A program made the translations under genes and the position numbers. Shown one piece after another: positions 39,552 to 52,239 of a DNA stretch of 64,000 bases. Each line of letters starts with the position of its first letter. Position 1 is the first letter of the stretch. The notes below the pieces were generated by a model, which saw only the letters and a program-made list of their open reading frames with translations, had not been told where the DNA came from and ran no database searches. The stretch covers positions 2,816,001 to 2,880,000 of the forward strand of contig OZ244621.1 of NCBI GenBank assembly GCA_965218425.1. Direction: 5' to 3'. This DNA is from an uncultured Candidatus Binatia bacterium (GTDB taxonomy: Bacteria > Desulfobacterota > Binatia > UBA9968 > CAXXLF01).

Positions 39552-39735
39552 GCAACAGCCCGGCACGACATGACCTTTTCTACTCGGGATGGTCGCCTTC
39601 CAATGAGGGGGGATTCGTGAGGCGCCGCCCGGCCCGATTCAACGGCCCTTTCAGGCCCGTTTTTCGAGCCCTAAACGCCCCGGAAAATCCGGCAGGTTTC
39701 CGGCCCATTTCCATCCGATTTTGTCGGAATTTCCA
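39552..39735 (+). repeat. repeat A copy 2
   Basis: Direct copy of 36364-36543. Confidence 0.9.
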
Positions 39736-39819
39736 TCTTTTTCCGTTCGCTTAACCGATATTCAAGCCGCGATACCGGAGTGATAAGCCGTGGGTTGAGC
39801 TGATTAGACCACTGCGTCC

Positions 39820-39905
39820 AAATAGACAGGACATTCCAAGAGAGAATTGGTACAATGCAAACTGGAATCCGAAAGGGAAGGAAACCCAAAATAGCAAGAA
39901 GGCGT
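39820..39905 (+). repeat. repeat C copy 1 (86 bp)
   Basis: 73/86 identical to 46715-46800 by manual alignment; followed by GACCCC at 39915-39920. Confidence 0.9.
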
Positions 39906-40040
39906 TCCTGAACCGACCCCGGTTTTACGCCATAGTCGATCGGTTGACCAGGTCACGCTCAAAGAGGGCAAGGCGGCCATCCTGTGGTTCGAACAGGTGC
40001 TCGCCCGCAAAATGAACATCATCGACAAAGAAGAGACCGC

Positions 40041-43000
40041 ATGAGCCAGAAATACGAGAAGCTGAAAACCCTGCTGAAGGAACTGTTCCAGCTCGACCAG
40101 CCCGACTTGGACTTCGGCCTCTACCGCATCATGCACGCTAAGGGGGCCGAAGTATCGCAGTTCTTGGACAAGGACCTGCTGCCGCAGGTGCTGACGGCGT
40201 TCGGCCAATACAAGAGCGCCGACAAGGCGGAGCTCGAAAAGGAGCTGTCGAAGGTGGTCGCGGGCATCGAGGCCGCAGGAATGAACCCCGACGACTCGCC
40301 CAAGGTCAAGGACCTGCGTTCCCAGATCAAGAGCGACACCGTGGACATCGGCGCGCTGGAGAGCGAGACCTACGATCATCTCTATAGCTTCTTCCGCCGC
40401 TACTACTCGGAAGGCGACTTCCTCGCCAAGCGCGTGTACAAACCTGGAGTCTATGCGATCCCCTACGAGGGTGAGGAGGTCGCGCTCCATTGGGCCAACA
40501 AGGATCAGTACTACATCAAGACCAGCGAGTACCTGCGCGACTACGTTTTCCGACTGAGGCCGAACGATGAGAAGAAGCCGATGCGTGTGCACTTCCGCTT
40601 GGCGGACGTCGTCGAGGGCGAGCACGACAATATAAAGGCTGCTGAGGGTAAGGACCGCATGTTCATCCTGGCCGCGCCGGGAGAATCAGGCCATGACTTC
40701 ATAGTCGTGGAAGACGGCGACCAGGGCGAGGAGATCATCATCCGATTCGAGTACCGGCCGGCCACACTCACCGATTGGCCGGAGGCCGGACGCGACGGAA
40801 AGAAGAAGCCCCCGGCCCAGAAGGACCTGAGCGCGCTTACCGCGAATCGCCTGCTGGCCGTGACCGACGCCGCATTGGCGCCATGGATCGTGGAACTGGG
40901 CAAGCTGCACGTCACAGCGGGCGGCGAGCAGGCCGACTATACGCGGCTGGAGGCGCACCTCAAGCGCTACACCGCTCGCAACACCTTCGACTATTTTATT
41001 CACAAGGACCTCGGGGCTTTCCTCCGCCAGGAGCTGGACTTCTACATCAAGAACGAAGTCATGCACCTGGACGACGTGGAGAATGAGTCCGTGCCGCGCG
41101 TCGAGCAGTACCTCTCCAAGATCAAAGTCATCCGCAAGATCGGGGGCAAGATCATCGACTTCCTTGCGCAGCTCGAAGACTTCCAAAAGAAGCTGTGGCT
41201 GAAGAAGAAGTTCGTGGTCGAGACACAGTACTGCATAGCGGTCGGGAGTATCCCCGAGGCGTTCTACGCCGAGATCGCTACGAACCAAGCCCAACGCGAA
41301 GAGTGGATGAAACTGTATGCGATTGACGAGATCCAGGGCGACCTGACCACGCCTGGCTACAGCAAGGAGCTCAAGCCCGAGTTTCTGAAAGCGTACCCAA
41401 CACTGGTCGTGGACACAAGACATTTCGATGTAGGCTTCACCGCACGGCTACTTGAAGCCTTTGGCGAAGTGGACGAGAAGACTGACAGCGTGTTGTTCCA
41501 CAGCGAGAACTTTCAGGCGCTAAGCCTAATGCAGGCACGCTATCGCGGCTACGTGGAGTGCATTCACATCGACCCTCAATACAATACACAAACCAGTGGT
41601 TTCTTGTATCGGAACACATATCAGCACTCTAGCTGGCTTGCAATGATGGCGGAACGGCTTGAAGCGGCAAAGAGCCTTATAACTGACGGTGGGACATTGC
41701 TTTGTCACATCGACGAGAACGAATACGAGCGCTTGTACGTCATGTGCGATGAACTGCTACTACCGAATGCGGGAACGGTCGTGTGGGACAAGCGAAATCC
41801 GATGCTCGGGCGAAGGGGGGTAGCGACCCAGCATGAGTATGTGCTGTGGCGCACTCAAGCTGCTGGTCCGCTTTATCTACGTAGTGCTAATCAACGTCTT
41901 ATCTTACAGAATGCTACGCGAATAGTCGCAGAATGCGGTGGTGTGACGGAGAGAGCAAGGAAAGCCTTCTCAAAGTGGGTGGCGGACTGTCCTGGTCTGT
42001 CTGGAGGAGAACGTGCAAATCGCTATCTTGTCGATGACGGTCGTGTCTTTCAAAGTGTTAGCATGTCCGCCCCAGAGAAGAGAACCGACGCGAAGTTCTT
42101 TGAGCCACTAATGCACCCTAAGACAGGAAAGCCGTGTCCTGTGCCGTTGTATGGTTGGTCTCGTGCCCCTGATACTCTCATAAAGCTGCTCGCAAAGAAC
42201 GAGATTCTCTTCGGTGAAGACGAGTCGGTGCAGCCTAGACTAAAGGTATTTCTAAGAGAGGATTCTCAACGACAAGTGCCGTCAGTTATCCAAGATTCTG
42301 GGCGTGGCAAAGCGGACATGGATAAGCTAGGTCTGAAGTTCCCTTATTGCCACCCACTATCGCTCTACATCAAATTGGTCGGTGCAGCCGCGCCGAGTAG
42401 CGCTGGGGTCGTTTTGGACTTCTTCGCTGGTTCTGGTACAAACGGTCACGCAGTAATCGAACTAAACCGCGATGAAGGCACTCGCAGAGGGGTGGTTCTT
42501 GTCGAGGTTGGTGAGCAGTTCGACAGCGTGTTAATCCCTCGTATCAAGAAAGCTACGTACAGCCCGGAGTGGAAAGACGGCAAGCCCAAGCGCCTTACGA
42601 CACCGGAGGAAGCCGAGCGCAGCCCACGCATCGTGAAGGTCGTCCGTCTCGAATCCTACGAGGACGCGCTCAACAACCTGGAGACCCGCCGAACCGACAA
42701 ACAGCAGCTTCTGCTCGACGACCCCGAGGCGTAAGGCGCGGACGGTCTCAGGGAGCAAGTACACCTCCGCTACATGCTCGATGTCGAGACGCGCGGCAGC
42801 CAGTCGCTGCTCAACGTTCAGGCCTTCGCCGACCCCACGGCCTATAAGCTCAAGGTCAAGCGGCCCGGTTCGGATGAGAGCCGCGAGGTCGACGTTGATC
42901 TGCTGGAGACCTTCAACTGGCTGATCGGCCTCACGGTCCAGCACATCGCTGCGCCCCAGACTTTCAGCGCCGCGTTCAAGCGTGACAGAGAGAAGCGCCT

Positions 43001-43312
43001 GCGGATGAAGGGCCGCCTTAAGCAGATAACAAACGGCCCATACTGGTTCCGTACCGTCACCGGTGCCACGCCCGACGGGCGCAGGACGCTCGTTATCTGG
43101 CGCAAGCTCATCGGCGAGCCGGAGCAGGACAACCTGGTGCTCGACGAGTGGTTCACCAGGCAGGGCTACGCGGCCAAGGATAGTGGGTTCGACCTCATCT
43201 ACGTCAACGGCGGCAACAACCTCGAGAACCTGAAGACCCCCGACGACCTGTGGAAGGTGCGGCTCATCGAGGAAGACTTCCATCGCCTGATGTTCGAGAT
43301 GGAGGGAGAGTG

Positions 43313-43313
<1 letters not shown>
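40041..43313 (+). pseudogene. type III R-M Mod-like DNA methyltransferase split by an in-frame TAA (42732-42734)
   Basis: [21 protein letters not shown] and LDFFAGSGT; motif IV reads DPQY; ORF 42774-43313 continues in the same frame. Confidence 0.8.
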
Positions 43314-46543
<3,230 letters not shown>

Positions 46544-46654
46544 TCGACCAACTTTGCATGGAGCACTGGCCGGGGGTAGGTAACATAAAAAAGGGGTCAA
46601 GCTCCAGTAGGATGGTGGTTGTAACGGCCATCGAACCTGAAAGGAGAAGACCCC

Positions 46655-46717
46655 ATGCTTTACGTCGGGATAGACTGTCACAAACGATACGCCCAGATAA
46701 ATGCCATCGACGAGAAA
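46655..46717 (+). mobile_element. 5' stub of an IS110-family transposase
   Basis: AAGGAG RBS then MLYVGIDCHKRYAQINAIDEK (GIDxHK start of the DEDD domain); truncated by repeat C. Confidence 0.65.
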
Positions 46718-46800
46718 TGGATAGGACGTTCCAAAAGTGAATTGGCACGATACAAGCTGGAATCCGAAAGGGAAGGGAACCTAAAATAGCAGGAAAGCGT
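46715..46800 (+). repeat. repeat C copy 2
   Basis: Direct copy of 39820-39905; followed by TGACCCC at 46804-46810. Confidence 0.9.
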
Positions 46801-46830
46801 GAATGACCCCGACTTCAGGAGGAAACAAAG

Positions 46831-47745
46831 ATGGCGACGATTTGGCGCTTGAACATCAAACCCGATGCAGAGGAGAACATCGACCCAAGAAAGTTTTGTA
46901 TCGATAAAAACATCCTTGGCATCGGCTGGCCAGTAGACTTGGATGAACCTCTGGACTGGAATGATTATTACGTCGCGGGTAAGAAGAAATACCGCGAGGA
47001 AAAGGGTGACAAGGGATGGTGGCCTGCCGTCAACGCGATTCGAAATAGGATGGAGATCAATGACCTTTGCTGGACCCGCGACTGGGACAGCAACTACTAC
47101 ATTGGCCAGATCACGGGCAATTGGAAATACCGTTCTACACGCAATTACCGTGATGCAGACATCGTGAACGTAAGGCCCTGTAGGTGGTTTCAAACCGGCG
47201 GCGTAGATTCGGTCCCAGGAAAGATACTGAATAGCTTCATCCGGAGTAGAACAGTTCAAAAAGTGCACGACGAAACATCGAGTTTCTACTCCAAACTCAA
47301 ATACAACCAACTGAGCAAGGAAGCCGCCTACGACTTGTCTAGTGATAAAAATCCAGACTTGTTTGCCCTGATTTCCTCAGAGGATTGTGAAGACATCGTT
47401 GGGATTTACTTGCAGGAGAAACAGGGCTATAGGCTCATTCCGAGTTCGTGCAGGCACGATACGGTCAAGACCGAATTCGTCCTGAAAACGACGGCAGGGA
47501 AGCAAGCATATGTGCAGGTAAAGCAAGGGGTAGCCATTAACACGGATAAATACAAATACGACTCTAGCAATCCGTGCGAGTGGTTCCTGTTTACGACCAA
47601 CGGGCAATATACCGGTAGAGGAGACAGCCATGTGCATTGTCTCGATCCCGATGATATGCGCGACTTCGCGTTGGCTAATCGAGAACTTATGCCGGACCGT
47701 GTTCGGACATTCATTGACTTCTGCTTTCCAGGTCGGCACTCATAA
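46831..47745 (+). CDS. hypothetical protein with Mrr-like restriction endonuclease C-terminal domain
   Basis: CEDIVGIYLQ..GY...EFVL...YVQVKQG; N-terminal GIGW region; AGGAGG RBS. Confidence 0.6.
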   Translation: MATIWRLNIKPDAEENIDPRKFCIDKNILGIGWPVDLDEPLDWNDYYVAGKKKYREEKGDKGWWPAVNAIRNRMEINDLCWTRDWDSNYYIGQITGNWKYRSTRNYRDADIVNVRPCRWFQTGGVDSVPGKILNSFIRSRTVQKVHDETSSFYSKLKYNQLSKEAAYDLSSDKNPDLFALISSEDCEDIVGIYLQEKQGYRLIPSSCRHDTVKTEFVLKTTAGKQAYVQVKQGVAINTDKYKYDSSNPCEWFLFTTNGQYTGRGDSHVHCLDPDDMRDFALANRELMPDRVRTFIDFCFPGRHS

Positions 47746-47827
47746 TTGTGACCGGTTTCCCCATCCCTTCCATCGCCTCGACGAGGTATTCGTCGGCGTA
47801 GCGGATCAGAAACAATTGAGAATGGCC

Positions 47828-47903
47828 TGGAAAATCCGAGAAATTCCGAGGCGAAACGACCCGGAAACCGCCCATGCAAAGCCCCTGAAAGGGGCGTGCA
47901 TCG
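47828..47903 (-). repeat. repeat A copy 3 (inverted, internally deleted)
   Basis: 47828-47869 matches the reverse complement of the A2 end at 33/42; also shares CCTGAAAGGG. Confidence 0.65.
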
Positions 47904-48044
47904 ACCACGCTCGATGCCGCCGGTGCCCGAGCGGCTTACCGACCAGGGGCAGGTTTTCGCTGGACATGAAGGCATGACTGGCTAGCGTGTGACGGAGGTC
48001 ATGGAGCCGGAGCTTATCCGCCCAGGCGTCCGCATCGTTCTTCC

Positions 48045-48362
48045 GTTCTGCTCAAATGCTCGCGTGCGGCACGCGACCTGGAGGAGATCTACGATTACGT
48101 TGATCGGCACGATTCGCCGGGTCGTACCGATTATGTGCCGGAGCGGATCGAAAAAGCGTTCAGCGGCCTTTCCGAACATCCCCAGCGCGGAAGTTACCCG
48201 AAGGAATTGCTGGATATTGGAATTCGGGAGTACCGTGAAGTTTTCTTCAAGCCCTACCGGATCATCTACCGGGTAACCGAGAACAATGTCTACGTGCTGG
48301 TGATTGCCGATGGGCGGCGTGACATGCGGGCTTTGCTGGAGCGACGCTTGCTGCAGGCGTAA
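48045..48362 (+). pseudogene. RelE/ParE family toxin lacking its start codon
   Basis: VLL...AARDLEEIYDY...LSEHPQRG...YRIIYRV...DGRRD; no in-frame ATG upstream of the conserved N-terminus. Confidence 0.75.
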
Positions 48363-48408
48363 GGCCCGCATTGTGCCGCGGCTCCTCCAGTATCCGGCAC
48401 TGGGCGGC

Positions 48409-48568
48409 ATAGCACCGGCCTTAACGGGCCGGTGAGGATTGAAACACTGTCTACGCGCCGCCTTTATCATCGCACGCTGGTTTTCCCCACACGCGTGGTG
48501 ATGGTCCGTTGTTTCAAGCTGTTTTATGGTGATTGCACGGTGTTCCCCACGCGCGTGGGAATGAACCG
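48409..48568 (+). CRISPR. orphan chimeric CRISPR mini-array (three repeats of two classes, two spacers)
   Basis: 37-bp ATAGCACCGGCCTTAACGGGCCGGTGAGGATTGAAAC; 34-bp spacer; 29-bp GTTTTCCCCACACGCGTGGTGATGGTCCG; 31-bp spacer; 29-bp GTGTTCCCCACGCGCGTGGGAATGAACCG. Confidence 0.75.
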
Positions 48569-48723
48569 CACATGGCATCCGTCGGAAATGAGATTTTGCC
48601 GGGCTGCGTTGGATCGATCGCCGGTACAGCGCCGGGGTTCGGCGGATCTGATCCGATGAGCACACCGGCCGGACGCAGCCTCACCGCGTTGCTGACCCAC
48701 GTCAGCGAAAACATCGACTTAGA

Positions 48724-48771
48724 GGCGGCAGGGCTCAGCTTTCTGATGATGTCGTTCACGTTCGCGGGCAT
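48724..48771 (-). pseudogene. 5' stub of an XRE/HigA-type antitoxin gene
   Basis: MPANVNDIIRKLSPA after an AAGGAAG RBS, then similarity is lost. Confidence 0.45.
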
Positions 48772-49010
48772 GATTACTTCCTTAAATCCACCCGAAGGCT
48801 CCTTTTTTATTTTTGAAACTACTCCCATTCAATGGTGGCGGGAGACTTGGAGGAAATATCATAATACGCTATCGCAACCTCCTTACCCTGAAAATTTTTG
48901 TCCTTCCCTTCCGCCTTGGGCTCAAGTTGACACTATCTCGCGTTACCATTACGCTCTGTTGCGAAGAACTCGATCCTTGATCTTGCATCTTTTTCCCCTG
49001 GAGCGCCCGG

Positions 49011-50435
49011 ATGGAAATCCGTACCGATACCGACGCGAAACAAGAGATGGCCGTACTGACCTTCGCCATACGGTTGATCCTTGCGGAGCTGGATCACCGC
49101 GTCTTGGTGGAGCGGGGTTTGGAAACCTTCTCCGACTTCGGCCGGTGCGAGAGGGTCGCAATCTTTCTGTTGGACCCCTCGGGCGAGACGTTACGGGTTG
49201 AAGGATGCACGGGCGCCAGCCTCGGAGCCGATCCGATTCAATTCCATGTGGCTGGAACTCCGTTTGAAGAGGTGATGAGCTCCAAGCAACCGGGAAAATT
49301 CCGGCTGAACCTGTTGGAGAAGGTCCCTTATCCCACTTACGATTCCGGCGAGGCGGAACGGCAGTGTCTCTGTGTGCCGTTGGTGGAGGCCAACAACAGG
49401 TCCCTGGGCGTGGTTACCTTCGACCAACCGGCCGGGGAATCTCTGGATTCCACCGCTATGCAGTGTGTCCTGATCCTTCAGTCGGTGTTAGCCGTAAGTC
49501 TTGAAAATGCCCGCGTGTTGGGGCGGCTGCGGGAGACTCACGCGGAGCTGGAAACCCTGTATCAGGCCAAGACGAAGATGATCGATCATCTTTCCCATGA
49601 GCTGAAAACACCCCTGGCCGTAATCTCGGCCTCTTCCAAGATATTGTCCAAGGATTCCGTGCGGCGCGATGAGAGACGGTTTTCGTCCGCTCTTCATCGC
49701 ATGGGCCGGAGCATTAAGCGGCTCCTGGAGCTGGAAGAAGAAGCGGGCGATATTGCGAAACAAGGAGGATTTGCAGCCAAAGGCTTATTGGAAGGAATGA
49801 TCCGGCAGTGCCGGGATCTTCTGGAGACCATGGTGGATCAAGGCGATCCGCCGGCTCCGCTGCTGGCCAAGCTCGCTTCGCGTATCGAAGAATGCTATTT
49901 GCCGCTGGTAGATGAACGGAGAGACAGTATCTCGTTGGTTGATTGGGTTCCCGACGTGCTTGCCGGTATTGAGCCTCTCCACCGGCATCGCGATGTGCGC
50001 TTGGAATTGGATTTGCGCCCAGGCCCGGCGGTACGGATGCCGGAGGGGCCGCTGCGCAAAGTGTTCAGCGGACTTATCCGCAACGCCGTTGAAAACACGC
50101 CGGATGGGGGTACCATCAGGGTGGAGGTCTCCCTGGAGGGTGATTCTGTTGCGCTTCGCGTGCGCGACTTTGGTTTAGGCATTAAAAAGGAGGATATGAG
50201 GCAGTTGTTTCACGGTTTTGTCCACACGGGCGACACCGAAGACTATTCATCCGGCAGGCCTTTTGATTTTAAGGCCGGGGGGAAAGGCCTGGACCTCCTG
50301 CGGAGCAAGCTTTTTGCTGAAAGATATGGATTTGATATCCAGGTTGAAAGCAAGTACAGTACCGGCAGCCTCTTCTCCCTGGTGTTCCCGCCCTCCATGC
50401 TCGCTCCGGAGGGGGAAGAACCGCGTGGACGGTAG
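49011..50435 (+). CDS. GAF-domain sensor histidine kinase
   Basis: GAF-like N-terminus; SHELKTPL, NAVENT and DFGLGI. TTGACA-17-TACGCT promoter at 48927-48955. Confidence 0.9.
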   Translation: MEIRTDTDAKQEMAVLTFAIRLILAELDHRVLVERGLETFSDFGRCERVAIFLLDPSGETLRVEGCTGASLGADPIQFHVAGTPFEEVMSSKQPGKFRLNLLEKVPYPTYDSGEAERQCLCVPLVEANNRSLGVVTFDQPAGESLDSTAMQCVLILQSVLAVSLENARVLGRLRETHAELETLYQAKTKMIDHLSHELKTPLAVISASSKILSKDSVRRDERRFSSALHRMGRSIKRLLELEEEAGDIAKQGGFAAKGLLEGMIRQCRDLLETMVDQGDPPAPLLAKLASRIEECYLPLVDERRDSISLVDWVPDVLAGIEPLHRHRDVRLELDLRPGPAVRMPEGPLRKVFSGLIRNAVENTPDGGTIRVEVSLEGDSVALRVRDFGLGIKKEDMRQLFHGFVHTGDTEDYSSGRPFDFKAGGKGLDLLRSKLFAERYGFDIQVESKYSTGSLFSLVFPPSMLAPEGEEPRGR

Positions 50436-50463
50436 GAAAGGGACGAAAGGACCATGTAAATCT

Positions 50464-51240
50464 ATGGATGGCGGTGGTGAAAGCAGGACACCGGGACATT
50501 TTTTCAGGGAACTTCAAGTCCAGTTCCTCGTCCATGAGCTCAAGGATCCTATTGCGGTCATCGAGGCGGGAGTCAGATCCCTCCTCGAAAAGGAGGACAA
50601 GTTGGGTCCTCTCTCACCGCGTCAGGAAAGGACCCTGAAGCGCGTACTCAGGGGCGCCTTGAAGGGACGCAGCATGTTGAACAATCTCCTTGAGATCGGG
50701 CGTTCGGAAGCCGGGCAAATAACCGGGAGATCGTTTCGCCCGGCGAAAACGATTTATGCCGATTTACTGGCCTCTATTGAAACCATGGAAGGGGAACTGT
50801 TCGAGCAATTAAATGAACTCACGACCGAGGATGCCGTCTTGAGATTCCTGAACCAGGCCGGAATTTCTCTTTGTATTGCCGCCGACATGGACGCCATGGA
50901 GATCGTTCAGGACGAATCGAAATTCAGTCAGATCGAGGGCAATTTGATCAAGAACGCCCTGCGTTTCCGGAAAGAAAGGCTTGAAATCAAGCTCTTTCAG
51001 GAGAAGGAAACGGTCGTTGTCGAAATAGAAGACGATGGCCCGGGCATCAAACCCGAAGACCACAAACGCATTTTCCAACCTTACGTTCAGGCACAATCCG
51101 AGTCTACCCCGGCGAGAAAGGGTCACGGTCTGGGTCTGGCCGGAGCCCTGATACTGGCCAAAGGACTCGGGGGGGACCTCTCCGTTCAAAGTGAAGCGGG
51201 TAAGGGGGCAACATTTCGGTTCAGCGTGCCCATGAGATAG
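50464..51240 (+). CDS. histidine kinase (HisKA + HATPase, no sensor domain)
   Basis: VHELKDPI, NLIKNA, DDGPGI and GHGLGL motifs. Confidence 0.9.
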   Translation: MDGGGESRTPGHFFRELQVQFLVHELKDPIAVIEAGVRSLLEKEDKLGPLSPRQERTLKRVLRGALKGRSMLNNLLEIGRSEAGQITGRSFRPAKTIYADLLASIETMEGELFEQLNELTTEDAVLRFLNQAGISLCIAADMDAMEIVQDESKFSQIEGNLIKNALRFRKERLEIKLFQEKETVVVEIEDDGPGIKPEDHKRIFQPYVQAQSESTPARKGHGLGLAGALILAKGLGGDLSVQSEAGKGATFRFSVPMR

Positions 51241-51338
51241 GAGTGGAGCGGTAAGTGGGTCGAGTTCAAGTTGAGCGGGATATAACATAATGAGTCTATC
51301 TTGAAATGAGTCGGAGTATGGAAAGGAGGGAGTAAAAA

Positions 51339-51851
51339 ATGGCGGAAACGGAATCAACAGCCAGTATCAAGGGTCTGAATGTCCTGGCAGTGGACGATGA
51401 AAAGGATATTCTCGACACCATCGAAGACGTTTTGGATGATGCAAAAGTGGACAGGGCGGAGGACTACGAGAGCGCCTCGCAAAAACTCAAAGATACGAAG
51501 TATGATCTAGCCGTCCTGGATATCATGGGAGTCAATGGACTGGATCTCCTGGTGGAAGCCGTCAACAAAGGGATTCCGACCGTTATGCTGACTGCCCATG
51601 CCGTGAACCCGGAAACCCTCAAGGCTTCCATCACCAAGGGCGCCCTTTCCTATCTTCCCAAGGAGGAGCTCTCGAGGCTGGACGAACTTGTGCCTGAGCT
51701 GCTGGAAGCCCACAGGAAGGGAAATTCCACTTGGCACATCCTGTTCGAGAGAATGGGTAACTATTTTGAAAGGGTTTTTTTACCCGGTTGGGATAAAGAT
51801 GATCCGGAATTCTGGAAATACTACGGATACCTGCATCCGCCGGACTATTAA
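51339..51851 (+). CDS. response regulator receiver protein
   Basis: LAVDDE, LDIMGVNG, MLTA and YLPK motifs. Confidence 0.9.
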   Translation: MAETESTASIKGLNVLAVDDEKDILDTIEDVLDDAKVDRAEDYESASQKLKDTKYDLAVLDIMGVNGLDLLVEAVNKGIPTVMLTAHAVNPETLKASITKGALSYLPKEELSRLDELVPELLEAHRKGNSTWHILFERMGNYFERVFLPGWDKDDPEFWKYYGYLHPPDY

Positions 51852-52239
51852 GGTCCCCCGTCTCCAAAAAATTAGCAACCCGACGGTACAATGGAACTTT
51901 CGTCTGAATGATTCGCCCCTTCAGACGGCGAAATGATCACTCATCCGGCTCATGCGGATTTGACGAGCGACCCGTCTCGCTACGATCAACGGCTGCTGAA
52001 CTCCGTTTTCTATATCCATCCGTCCAATATGGGCAAGCAGAGCATGATGCTCCACAACCACGGCGTAATTTTCAGCGAGCCACCCATGTCCTAGCAGGCC
52101 GCGTCCTTGGAAACTGCAATCGGAGAGGTAGTGGAGAATGGAGACATTTGCGATATACGCCATTTGCTGGACAAATCCACCCTTACACAGGCTCCGGCGG
52201 GGTCTTAAAGGTATGGAGAGCCCGCAACAGTAAGACCCC

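Noticed and set aside
48602..48680. Integron attC site
   Set aside because: No RYYYAAC/GTTRRRY ends and no integron integrase in the window
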